From Marsupella aquatica (taxonomy: Eukaryota > Plantae > Marchantiophyta), in assembly GCA_973895155.1 (NCBI GenBank), contig OZ316897.1, positions 7,182,470 through 7,246,469 of the forward strand: a stretch of DNA of 64,000 bases, in the 5' to 3' direction. The translations under genes were made by a program, and so were the position numbers. Below, piece after piece: positions 37,137-48,604 of the stretch (positions within the stretch are counted from its first letter, which is position 1; the number at the start of each line of letters is the position of its first letter). Below the pieces are notes generated by a model. The model had not been told where the DNA came from. It worked only from the letters and a program-made list of their open reading frames with translations, and searched no databases.

Positions 37137-40100
37137 TCAGATGATTGGGGGTAAGCCTGAATCTTCCGACTCTGCGCCTTCTCCTGCCATCGGCTCCGGC
37201 TTGATCCCTTCGGCTTCCTTGACTTCGGGTTCTGGTTTGTCGGCCCTGGCATCGGCTGCGGCATCGGCATCCTCATGGGAAACGGCTTGGATAGCGTTGG
37301 CCTTCACTTCCTCAATCCAAGCCCGCTCTCCAATACGTTCTGTATTGATCTTCCACGGCTTCACATTCTGGTAGTCCATGGTGGCTGTACCGGTGTCTGA
37401 ACCTGTTACCGCAGCTCCAAGTTCATCGGCATTACTTATCTCCACCACGGTTGCCTTTGTAGCAACAGTCCCTTAAATATGGGCGGCCATACTCTCGACC
37501 TCTCTTGGCGTGGCTTTAAGAGGTACCCCAAAAGTACCTGCTGGCCCCATGAATGTTTTGGCCAGATCCGCAACCAACTGCATTGCCTTACCCCCAGTTA
37601 CCCTTGACAATATAGATGTCGGCTTTGGCACCTCAGTATTCCCGACGACCACGCCACTAGCGGGAGACCGTCTAGTTGGTGATCCGTGCCTGGCTTCGGC
37701 ATACTTTCGCAACTTCTCTATTTGATTATCCGCACACCTCTGCAAGCCGATCATCTTGTCTTTGGCCTCCTCCAGCTCTTGGAATAAATCCTCAACCTCC
37801 TCATTAAGCCGGTGCACCTCCTCTTTGGCCGTCTTGACCTCCTCGTTTAAGATCTGCACAATCTCAAACTCCTGCTTATCCAAGGCGGCTTTCTGGGAAT
37901 TGTTGATGCCTTCCAGCTTTGTGACCTCGTCCGTCCATGCCTGCTTTGTCTTGGTTAGCTCCTCTTGAAGCTCCTTGCGTATCTGTTGGACTCGGTTTAG
38001 GTGATCATTTGCTGCTGTGCAAATGGCGTCCTCATGCTTCTCACGCATGGCATCCAACCGGTCAAGTAACTTGTCATGCTTCCTTTGGGCTTCTGCCAAA
38101 GCCTTCTCGCTCTGGGTGGCCTGCTCCTTAGCCGTCTTTCTGAGCCTCTCGACTTGGCGATTTTGACCTTGCACCTCTACTTTTGAATCGGCTAACTCCA
38201 GCTCTACCTTCGTCAAGTTTTCTTTGATCTGCTGGTGATCCAATTGGTAGTTTTCCAATTGGTTGTTCGCCACTTCCAATTCCTGCTCCTTAGCCAAGAG
38301 ATCTTGCTAAGTTGGTTGATCAAACTTCGTCTTAGCAACTTCGGCTTCCATGGAGCGAAGCCGAGCGATTACCTCTTCTTTTTTTAATCGCTCCAATGTC
38401 ATTGCCTCCTCCAACCTTGTTTGGTCAGGCATTTCCTTTCTAAGAAATGGTCCGGATTCTAACTCATTGCTGAAGATTTCTAAGGCTAGCAGTCCACACA
38501 TGTCTCCATACTCCCTAGCCCGATCCCTGACATATTTTGACCTGCCAGGTGATACTGGCATCTGCCAACAAGGCCGTTTCTCCCAGGCTTCTGCCCGTAA
38601 TTGATCGAAGTCAGTGAGAGGTTCGGCCTGCTTCTCACTAAGCCATCTTATTTCCTCCGGCCAATCACCGCCTGGTAGCTGCCGTTCCTGCATGTCATTT
38701 TGGGCCCTCCACTCGTCGAGTTTCTCAAACCTGCCTCGGCTTCTTTCATTCGGTCAAATTCCAATGGTGTCACGTCCGGTGGAGGAGACTCTGGGGTTTT
38801 CTGATCCTCCGGCTTGCCATAAAAGACTAAGGGAAGTCTTCTACAAAACCTTCCCAACGTTCTCACTCCCGGCACCGGTCTCTCCCCATGATCGACAGCT
38901 TCATTGTCGTAGTCATCCACATTAACCTGACTACCAAGCATGTCGGCCTCTTCTGCAAAGCCCCCAATCTCCTCCTCTGAGTATTGTGGGGCTGCCACAG
39001 GTTGATTTACCTCCACCGGTTCCTCCACTCGGGCCCTGCTAGAAGCTCTAAGGACTGGCCTCTCCGGACTTCGGCCTCGGCTTCCATCTTTTGACTCCAA
39101 ATCCATTTGCTCATCTCGTTTCTTTCTTTCTTCGGCAGTCATCTTCCTCTCTACCAGTTGAATACCTGCATATGGGTTATTACAAGTAGGCCGTCGCAGC
39201 GGATTTCTCACCACATCATATGTTACCACCTTTGGTTCCTTGAGAGGGGAATTCTCCCGTCCCTGGATTGCCTGTATTGCTGACCTCTTCTCTTGCCGCC
39301 TCTTGTTCAAGGGCTGCTCGTCCTCCTCCACCACCTCAAGTGGTGCAGTGATCGGCATCTACTCCTATATAGGCAATACTGGTGCAAAAGACTGGCTTCT
39401 TGCATATCGGCAAAGTAATTGCAGATGGGACCCTAGTCTGGATACCGCTCCTTCCCCAATGCTCTGCTTCTCTTCATTCAATGCCTTCTTCAACTGCATT
39501 AAGAGATAGTCGTTGTAGTCTCGGCTTGAATCGATATTCTCCACCAAAAATACCTAGGCTTTGCCAATTTTTGCTCTTGGCAACGTACAATGCAACGTGA
39601 CTCTCAGGAAATCAATCAGCTGCCCTATATGCGGGTTTGTACATTGATTCCTGGAGAACCCATTCTTAGTGGAAGGCCCTGGAAATGACCTGAACTGGTC
39701 ATCCGGCAACGTCTTCCTCTGCTCCACCTTAGTCTTCCTTCCTGTTGGTAAAGCAAAGACGGCTTCGATAAACGCCGGTGTTAGTTTGAACACCTTTCCA
39801 TACAGCAGCGTCGTGTTGGAAGAAGCCTCCCAGCATCCCACAAAGTCCAACAGATCCTCATCTGGTATCTCAATTAACCGCCATGGTAATCGGATGAATC
39901 CCTCTAAGCCGGTGTTGTTCATGTATCCCGAATACTTGTTATCCTGGATAGCACAGAAGACCTCATCTTCTTCTCGTGCAAACTGCAGTTGTAAGTCGGC
40001 AGGTAGCCTATCCGCCCAACCCACCATAAACTTATCCTCTACTGCCCTATCACGAACTGGCACGATTTCAGCCTTAGTCTGCCTCTCTGACCGGTTCCAC

Positions 40101-40495
40101 TTAGCTGGTGTTGCAGATGCCGAACTACCCTTACGCTTCATCTCCTCTGTTCCTGAGAACTCTCCAAGAATGGCTTCCTTGCTCCAAGCCGAAGTGTGAC
40201 CCTTCAACTCCCACACCGGCTGCCCAACGTTCTTAATCGCCTCCCTAATTCCAACGACTCGATTATGTTGGATCAACAATTTGTCAAGCTCGGCACTGGT
40301 GGGAGTCCATGCAAATTTCTCAAGGACCTCTTCCTTTCCCGCAAAAGCCGCCTTATGAATTCCCCATAACCGCGCGAGCTCTGCCCGCTCCCTTGCTGCT
40401 CGTTCCGGCTCGACGTCTTCGTAAGTTGGTATGAGCTGCCGTGCTTCTTCAAGCAAACAACCCCAAAACTTAGCCGCTTGATTCACCGTGGTCAT
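37137..40495 (-). pseudogene. ORF-A homolog
   Basis: Collinear with 14075-17500 (FRSFPGPSTKNGF.RN.CTNPHIG..IDFLRVT.HC.LPRA.IGKA; PGVRT.GRF; LPGGDW.E.IR.L). At least five in-frame stops and one frameshift near 38700. Confidence 0.92.
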
Positions 40496-41689
40496 TCCAG
40501 CAAAAGAAAAAAGAGCTTGAGCAATTCCCTAACCACCTCCCCCAATCAATCGGCAGCTGCTTCCACCTCCCTAGGTTGATCGAACAAGCAAATGAGCAAT
40601 TGTACAGAGTGTCGGTCCCCTCCCTACGAAGCTGCCTCCTGATGGCTTACCCAATCAAGCCCAGATTAGGTCATAACCCTAATCCTACTTAATCGCAACC
40701 GTTGGATCCAATCCTATCACAATCTCCCTCGAACATGTTGCAATCGGCTTCGATCCTTATTCCTCCCTTATTCTATCTACCTAATCTTTATTTAGCCATT
40801 ATTTTAGGCTTAACTAAGTACTTTGTGATCCTGGCAAGGCATCACAATAAGCAAAACAACGAGACCCCCTTGTAAAAAGAGAAAAACTGAGGAAGGAAAG
40901 GAATAACAGGGAGGAAGAAGGGGGAGGTTAACTCCCCCAAAAGGTGCACTCGGGGCTATGGGAGGTCGTGAGCCGTTAAATCCTCCCGGGGGCAGGGCGT
41001 GCAGGTAGTCGGGGCGCATAAGAAAACTAGGGCGAGCTCCCTCCATAGGGAGGCAAGGTAGCCCTCCATAATGGGTTGTCATGGCAGGAGTGGCCGGGGC
41101 AGAGGCAGGATGGGCCGCGAGCCGGTGAGCCTGTGAGTGGGCAATGTAGGGATGGGCGCGAGCCGGGATGCGCATGGCAGTAGGTAGGGGAAGGAGTAAA
41201 GGAAGGGGTTAAATCCCCCAACAGGAGCAAGGGAGTTTAAGAGGGAGGCTTGGGTTTTTTTTCTCTCATATTTTTTTGTTCTTCTCTCCCTCTTGCTTTC
41301 TCCATTGCCGAAGCAACTTTGCCTTGGGAGCAATTTCTCCCATTTTTTTCTGAGCTCTCTCTTTCTCTCTTGCAACTCTTTTTTCTTTCCCAAGCTCTCT
41401 CTTGGGAGATTGTTGGAGCTCGGTGGTTCTTGTTATTCGGGCATCCTGGACGGGCATGTTGAGTGAAGCCGAGGGGAAGTAGAGTGGACTCAAGATCGTG
41501 GTACGGGGGCTATACGGGCCAGGAATTGTATGGTGTGACGGGAATTGTGGTGATAGTAGAATTTTTTTAGTGTGGATGTGTGATCCACCTGAGTTCAGTA
41601 CAGCCCGTATTTGTCAATACAAGGCTGCTTACCGGGATTACATTGCCACACAAATTAGGGAGGAGGGAGAGAAACGACGGTCAGCAGCC

Positions 41690-43225
41690 ATGAGTACCGG
41701 ATCCGGAACGCCTAGCACTACGGTTGTATGGAAGGTTTTCCGTAGGGTGTACCCCCGCACTTCTGCCAAGGTGATGGAGGAGGGCAAGGAGATTTTTCAG
41801 GCTACAAGGCTCACCAACTTCATGGGTGTAGAGATTAGGATTCCTCCCAACAGGACTTGGGACATTGCCGCTGGATTGGAGTGCCGTATGGAGGGGATTT
41901 ATTTTCATTGTAACAAGCAGTTGATCCCTCACGTGGAGTTGGCCAAGCTCTTATTTCTCGATGACCAGGACTTCACGTTTAAGCCAGTAGAGCCACCTGG
42001 TGTTTTCACATTGGAGGAACTAGCTGAGGTGGTGAGGGACCCCATTTCTGTAACTACCATTCCCCTCTCAACGTTCAAGGATCCAGCGTACAAGGTGTTT
42101 GTGGCCAAGGTACACCAGCGGGTACTTGGTCGGGGGCAATCAGGGACGGTGAGTGGAGATCAGTTGGCTATTGCCAACGACATCAAGACTCACCCACGTC
42201 ACACGTACGGATGGTGGTATTTCGGGATGAGGAAGTCATTGGCCATGGATCCTAAGAGTGTGAAGATGGGAGGAGGCATGTACTTGATGGGGTCTTTCCT
42301 ATTGGCCAGGCGGGAAGGGCTTCTTCCCTCATCGGGAATTGAAGGGGAAATGGTGCCACCTTTCACCACGGAAATACGGAGGATAGCCACCACCATATTA
42401 GGAAATCTGGTGAAGGGGCGACCGTCTGAGCCAATAGCCCAACCTACTACGGAAGATGACCCAGATGAGGATAGCGTTATGGAGTGTTGGAGTCACTTGT
42501 GGGGAACCCAGAGGAGTCTCTTGATTACAATGTGCCCGAGGTGTACTTGGCCGAATTACGTGAGTTTTTGTGATGGAGTGCATGAGGGGCTTAAGTTGTG
42601 CCGAACATTGAAGGAGGCTATCAACCAAGCCCAGTCCAAGGTGGAAATGTTACAAGTAAGTAATCAAGCCTTGAAGGAGGTGGTCAAGGCAAAGGAGGTG
42701 GTGATTCAAGAGCAAGGGAAGTCACTCAAGGAGTCACATGTTCACTTTATACAGTTGGAAGGAGCCTTATCTACTAAGGCTAAGGAGGTGCTAGAGGTGG
42801 GAGTTTTGAGAGATGAATTGGCCAAGCTCAAGCGGGGCACTGGTGAGGTAGAGAGGCTCAAGAAGGAAGTTGTGGAGTTACAGGGTCAAGTTGGACTCCT
42901 TGAGACCAGGGCCAAGAGGAACTATATGTTGAGGCTGGGGAAGAGGAAGATCCCATGCCACCCTAGCCCTACCCTCTCCCCAGATTTGATCTCAAAAGCC
43001 ATTGAGATGGTGGTAAGAGAAGTAACTCAACGGTACGGACCAATGTTGGAAGTGGCCAAGAAGGAGAAGGAGAAGAGTAAGATGTTGGAGAAACAGTTGC
43101 GGGAGACCCGTAAGTCATCACGGGAAACCCAAGCTGGTCACGGTGCCAACATTTCATCACCCTCATCATTACCAGCGGAGGCTCCACCAAGTCACGGAAT
43201 CACGATGCCAGGGATGCCACCCTGA
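41690..43225 (+). CDS. ORF-B (~511 aa), unknown function; possible distant PMD-like N-terminal region plus coiled coil
   Basis: Long open frame (track 41498-43225); ATG 41690 in GCAGCCATGA context; heptad-rich C-terminal half. Confidence 0.6.
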   Translation: MSTGSGTPSTTVVWKVFRRVYPRTSAKVMEEGKEIFQATRLTNFMGVEIRIPPNRTWDIAAGLECRMEGIYFHCNKQLIPHVELAKLLFLDDQDFTFKPVEPPGVFTLEELAEVVRDPISVTTIPLSTFKDPAYKVFVAKVHQRVLGRGQSGTVSGDQLAIANDIKTHPRHTYGWWYFGMRKSLAMDPKSVKMGGGMYLMGSFLLARREGLLPSSGIEGEMVPPFTTEIRRIATTILGNLVKGRPSEPIAQPTTEDDPDEDSVMECWSHLWGTQRSLLITMCPRCTWPNYVSFCDGVHEGLKLCRTLKEAINQAQSKVEMLQVSNQALKEVVKAKEVVIQEQGKSLKESHVHFIQLEGALSTKAKEVLEVGVLRDELAKLKRGTGEVERLKKEVVELQGQVGLLETRAKRNYMLRLGKRKIPCHPSPTLSPDLISKAIEMVVREVTQRYGPMLEVAKKEKEKSKMLEKQLRETRKSSRETQAGHGANISSPSSLPAEAPPSHGITMPGMPP

Positions 43226-45489
43226 TCCGTAAACCCGGGGACTCCTCTGGCTACCGGCCAAGTCTTACCTTTGCAGTTGCAGGAGGTGAAGAGGTTGCTT
43301 TATGGAAGGACACTATTAGCCAGGGTTATGTGAAGGCTTGGCAAGCCTTGGCTGCATTGAGGAGGCGGAGCACTTCCGGTCAGACTCCCGCACGGACTCC
43401 CCCGGTACGGCAGGTTAGGAGTGATGCCTCCCCTTCTGAGGAAAGCGGTGGAGGTGAGGATTCCAGGGGGTGGAGCCCTGGTTCAGTAAGTGAGTCCGGT
43501 GAAGACTAGTGAGGGCTACCCCGTTATTTCCTTTAGTGAGTAGTTGGAGTAATTCCCAGTTTCAAACTAGTGTAGGGCCCTTGCTTTTCATGCACTACGG
43601 ATTGGATGATAGTACCAGCGAAGGCACTGTTGGTACCATAGTGGGCTAGGGTTTTTCACATCGTGTGTGTGCCGCGCGCTTTAGGTTAATTTATCTCTTA
43701 GATGTTTTTGGCGGCACCACTAGGGTGCCGCCGTTGTTGCCACTTTGTGAGGGGTGCTTTGGTGTTTTTTTTCAGTATTTAGGGGGGAGCCCCGTAGTGA
43801 GACTGAGAGGGGGGGAACTCAGTCTACTGTTGGTTTTAGGGAAGTTAGCTCATAGCCAGAAGGGGAAATCGAGCCAGAGTAGTGAGGTAGAGGTGTAGCG
43901 CTTGCCCCAGTGAGGCAGGAGTTGGGCAGACAGCAGGAGGCCGGGTTGTCCTTGCAATGTGTTACCACTTTTTGCCAAAAGATATGGATTTGGTTTGATT
44001 CCTCAAGTTTTGGTGTGGCGTTATCTTTTCCGGCTCACGATTGTGTTCTTTCCCCAAGAAGTGTCTAAGGAGTCCTTGCACGGATTGGTCAACCATGTGA
44101 GTAGGGGGGTGGTGACAACACTCCACCAGCGACCAGCAGGAGTGTGTGTGTGGCGTAGTCCATGGGACTTGATCAAAAGCAGAGCGGCTAGTCGATAGAC
44201 TTGATCAAAAATTACATTTCCGGGAGCGGAAATAAACATACTCATCCTACATGGAATAGAATCCTAATAGCGTCCCTCCACGTTCCCGTCATACGATAAC
44301 AAACAATTTTAGTAGGAGTAAATACGTATTTGTCGTGTAAATTGTTTGATAAGCAAGTGACATAAGTGTGGTCCTTGTTTTTACCCTGTTATAGAGGAAT
44401 TAGTTGGGGAGCTGGATGAGGTCAAGGAGAGAATGGTAAGTTTGCAGAGGTGTGCTGACAATCAAACAAAGAAGCTAAAGAAGTATGACAAAGCATGTCA
44501 TGGGTCACCAACAAGAAAGCCACAGCTTGGGGTTAAAAAAATCCATAAGACAATGGCCCTAAGGAACTTTGTAGGCTAGACAAACAAAGCAACAACGAAG
44601 GATTTCTTTTGACAATGAGATTAGTGTAAGATGTTGTGACCATAACCTGTTTGCCATATTTGCTTGAGCACATTGAGACCCTTAGAGCCAACTTGCATGT
44701 AATGGCCCTTGCTTTTTTGGCCCTCAAAGTGCAAGACCTCATCATGATAATGAAAGATGCTACCATCATGTAAGCGCCTTGATAGGTAGGCCTAATGGCA
44801 GGTCTTGTGGGGTCCCAAGGGCAAGGGCCGGGAAGTTTAGGCCCTTGCAAGTCTCAACCTCATGTTCTGTGATAAAACAAAAGCTACGAGACACATCTTT
44901 ACCAATAATCTTACTAATAAATTGCGAACAGAAGTTAGATTTGGGTCCTAGGTTTCTAGAGTGAAACCTCTAGACCGTGACGTTAGGGCCCCACCAAAAT
45001 TTGCAGATAAAAAGAAGAATGAGATGTATGTATGTCAAAATGAATCATGTATGATGATTTTTGTCATCATTACTACTAACATTCAAAGAATGGGCATTGA
45101 AGCTCCTGTACTGAAATGAAATCTTGGGGAGAAGATACTCTTGAAATAGGAGATCCACTTTCCTCCCACATTGAGTGAGTGCTTAGGCTTCATGGCCTGA
45201 AAACATGAGGCCTCTCACATGGGAGTTGGTCCTTATTGTTTCACACACTTCTTTTCAACTACAGTAGCTCTTTTACTCACCCCACTTGACCAGTCTTGTC
45301 TTCCGTCAGCCCCTCCTCGGTATATTCTTTATTATTTTATATCTCCTCTTCCTGCTCCGCTCCAAATCTCAGTCCATCTATTCTACAGTAAGTTCGTACA
45401 GGGAAACTTACACAAAGGCGAACAAATGGATCACATCTCACCATTTATGTCATTGCTGACGGGTGGGGCTGTGAGCTACCGGTCCGTTT

Positions 45490-45875
45490 GACAGGTCCCG
45501 TCATATTAGGATTCTATACGGCTCAGTTCTGCCAAGTAGCACAGAAGGTTAGAAGAAGTAGCTACAGGTCCCGTCAAATTAGTATCTTGTACGGCTCAGT
45601 TCTGCTAAGTAGCACAGAAGAAGTAGCTGGAGGAGGAGGACGAGGTAATTGTGAGGTGCTGTAGGCGACTTTCTGTTGATGATGGATCAAGAAACCGGCG
45701 AGGTAAGAGAAGAAATGCAAGAGGAAGACGAGGTAATTGTGAGGTACCGTCGGCGACGTTTTCTGATCCTGAAATTGGCGAGGAGAGAGAAAAATTCAGG
45801 AGGAGGAAGACAAGGTAATTGTGAGGTAGGCGACGTTCTCCCGATGATGGATCAAGAAACTGGCGAGGAAAGAGA
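45490..45875. repeat. Short local duplications
   Basis: ACAGGTCCCGTCA..ACGGCTCAGTTCTGC.AAGTAGCACAGAAG x2; GAC(G/A)AGGTAATTGTGAGGT x3; GATGATGGATCAAGAAAC x2. Confidence 0.75.
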
Positions 45876-47182
45876 AAACATGGGAGAGGTCTCTGGTTTG
45901 GTTAATGGCTTCGGATGCATGCAGGAAGCGTGAATGAATTGCCTTTTCTTTCTTCACCAAGCTGCAGGCGTTGGCATTTCATCTGTCTGGGACTTCCTTA
46001 TCATATCACCGGATCTTGATCGTGTATTGTGGCGTAGCAGACAAGTTGGAAGAACAAGAAGATGCTCGGTTCCCGTTCACAACATAGCTACAAGGAACTA
46101 GTTTGAAACCCCGTCTCCAGGCCACAGTTCATCGATCGATTGATGGAAAATTGTGTTCAGGTACCAACAGCAATGGTTGTTACTATAGTTGGCCGTCTCT
46201 CCACCGACAAGCTACAGCGCTCGTGCCGAGCCGAAAATTGAGAGCGAGAACGAGAGTCAGCGAAGGCGTCCTCAATTTTCCGTTCGACAACCCGTCCAAA
46301 TATCTTGCAACGGGAGCGGTGGGTACGCACCTTTGGGAGCTTGGGAGACAAGCGTGAGGTCATTTCCTCCTTCGCCATAAAACCAGCCTGGCCAGAAAGC
46401 CAGCCTACTCTCCCTCGTAGGTGCAGCGGCTGACGACGAAGAAAAAGAGGATGTTGACAACCACGATGACGATAATGGTAATGGTAGGACGACAGCAATC
46501 GTTGCGAGCATTTATGACACCATTTAGATCCCTGCCCTAGCTCCAACTCGGCCACAATTCTGGACTTACTAGCATCTGTGGAGGCCGCAGTGCCACCGAT
46601 TCGCATGTTGTAGCCTGAATACATCCTGGCTAGGCAGTTGGGTGGCCGACACGGTGATTTCCCTTCCGCCTTTTGTGATTTGCGTCGACAATCGAGTTGT
46701 TGATCGTTCAGGTCGTCTTTCCGGAGAGATGATGACCAGGAAAACACAGGAAGGTGGGGTTTAGCCTCATTCTTACTCTGCAGCAGCAACGGCAACTGCA
46801 GGTTTCCCTGCACAGATGTGGCTGTGTTGAAAATTTTGTCGATCATGATCCACCCGACAGGCAAGTCTTATTACATCCACCTTCAAAAATGGTTGGGTTT
46901 ACATTTCTAACTGCATTGACTGTGAGAGATTTGTGAAGTTTTTTCAGTTTGTTGTTTATAGCACTGTTCTGGGATTCGCATGGGCATGTGTTCATCGGTG
47001 GTAATACGAAGCAATATATTTTGGCCTTGAGGTACCATATCAGTTTCATTGGCAGGTTAGCAGGGAAGAGCATAGCTACTCTCTGTGGTCCTAGATAGGG
47101 GATTTGTTTCCACTGTTGGGATTGGATTATCGTACTTTTGCCCAACGTTCTCAGGAGGCAAACACAAGCGTGAGCAAAAGCA

Positions 47183-48604
47183 ATGGTGGGGGGTCAAGAT
47201 CATCAGGAGGCCATAAAGAGCACGAAGAGGTTCCCTCAATACTTCATCTTTCTGGTCGTACTGTCGGCAATAGTGGGGACCAACGTGGTCATCCTCTACA
47301 GCTTCTCGAGCAATTGCCGCTGCGGTGAATCATCCTTAAACCCCTTTAAGCTGTCTTCTTCTGATGGGGGCCTGATGATGGCCAAGGTATTAAATTCGAG
47401 CCGGCAAGCAGAAGAGGTGCTCGAAAAGGAACTGGCAAACCTGAGAGCCGAGCTCAAGGCCCTCCACGAGGGCACCGAGCGCATCATCCAGGACAGGACT
47501 CAGCTCATATGGGCCGAGCTGATGGCAAGGCCTCTGAGTTGTCCCAGTGGAGGAGGAGGAGATGGCAAAGGTGTTGTTCAGTTTGGCAGGGATGTCGATG
47601 TTGACACAAATCCTTGGGCCAAGTGGGCTGTAGGTGACCTCCCTCGGGAGCTGCTGAGGTTTGTGGGTCTACGAAAGCTACCTCTGGGATGGAGCTCCAC
47701 CCTCCAAAGAGATACTGTCCTGTCTCCTGTGGGTCACGGTTGTGCACTGCTAGAGGATGACGTGGAAAAGTACATGAGCTATGAGATCGGCAAGGAGTGC
47801 CCTGACGATGAGGCTCTCACACAGAAGCTGCTGGTAGGCGGATGTGAGCCTTTGCCTCGAAGGAGATGCTTTGTTCGTATACCCAAGAATTACACCGAGC
47901 CTTTCGCTTTGCCAGACGCTTACTGGAAAGCTCCTGGAGATGACAAGGTCATCTGGACCGCCCACACCTGCAAGAACTTCGAGTGCCTGAGGAATAGAGT
48001 CAAGGACAAGGTTTTTGCAGATTGTTTGGACTGCTTTGATCTAGAAGGTAGAGAGAAGACTCGATGGGTGAATCGTGGGGATCTGGACTTCACCGTTGAA
48101 GCAGTGGTGGGACTGAAGAACGGGACGATCCGAATTGGGTTGGATTTGGGGGGTGGCACTGGCACTTTTGCTGTGCGAATGAAAGAGCAGAATGTGACCA
48201 TTGTGACCACTACACTAAACCTCAACGGGCCCTTTAATAATTTTGTCGCCCTTCGAGGTGTTGTGCCCATTTACATGACAGTTTCCCAACGACTTCCGTT
48301 CTTTGATAATACCCTGGACCTGGTGCACTCCATGCATGTCCTCAGTAACTGGATCCCGACAGAGTCCTTGGAGTTTATACTGTATGACATCGATCGAATT
48401 TTGAGGCCTGGTGGGATATTTTGGCTCGATCATTTTTTCTGTGTAAGGTCTCAGCTTGCCACGTATGAGCCTCTCATTGAGCAGCTGGGATACACCAAGT
48501 TGAAGTATGTGGTTGGAGATAAGGTCGACAGGGGCCGAGAGCTGCAGGAGGTGTACATTTCGGCGTTGTTGGAAAAGCCCATGAGGCGGTTTTCTAGCCA
48601 GTGA
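47183..48604 (+). CDS. Plant type II membrane-anchored SAM-dependent methyltransferase (At5g40830/At3g27230/At1g29790-like family), host gene
   Basis: Intact 473-aa single-exon CDS; N-terminal hydrophobic anchor; GCEPLPRRRC, IRIGLDLGGGTGTFA, QRLPFFDNTLDLVH, YDIDRILRPGGIFWLDHF, YISALLEKP. Confidence 0.93.
   Translation: MVGGQDHQEAIKSTKRFPQYFIFLVVLSAIVGTNVVILYSFSSNCRCGESSLNPFKLSSSDGGLMMAKVLNSSRQAEEVLEKELANLRAELKALHEGTERIIQDRTQLIWAELMARPLSCPSGGGGDGKGVVQFGRDVDVDTNPWAKWAVGDLPRELLRFVGLRKLPLGWSSTLQRDTVLSPVGHGCALLEDDVEKYMSYEIGKECPDDEALTQKLLVGGCEPLPRRRCFVRIPKNYTEPFALPDAYWKAPGDDKVIWTAHTCKNFECLRNRVKDKVFADCLDCFDLEGREKTRWVNRGDLDFTVEAVVGLKNGTIRIGLDLGGGTGTFAVRMKEQNVTIVTTTLNLNGPFNNFVALRGVVPIYMTVSQRLPFFDNTLDLVHSMHVLSNWIPTESLEFILYDIDRILRPGGIFWLDHFFCVRSQLATYEPLIEQLGYTKLKYVVGDKVDRGRELQEVYISALLEKPMRRFSSQ

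Larger units (their letters stand above)
35916..44393 (-). mobile_element. 8478-bp solo-LTR-like insertion with TSD GAGGA, related to the 4.7-kb LTR, carrying two divergent ORFs
   Basis: GAGGA at 35911-35915 and 44394-44398; ends TGTGACGGGG...CCCTGTTATA (CCCCGTCACA with three C>T); no gag/pol and no internal direct repeat seen; ORF-A homolog and downstream non-coding blocks match the 4.7-kb LTR. Confidence 0.8.
33900..44530 (+). pseudogene. Heavily decayed ORF-A homolog, split by insertions 34940-35227 and 35916-44393
   Basis: Fragments DIVRNP, DHGERP, PPPDIVPWEFDKMK, EFVVMKVLNDELKAAKEEV..MEE, resuming at 44394 EELVGELDEVKERMVSLQRCADNQ, collinear with 40495-37137. Confidence 0.8.

Noticed and set aside
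46157-46864. 235-aa minus-strand ORF as a gene
   Set aside because: No recognisable motif; antisense to the likely leader of the host gene.
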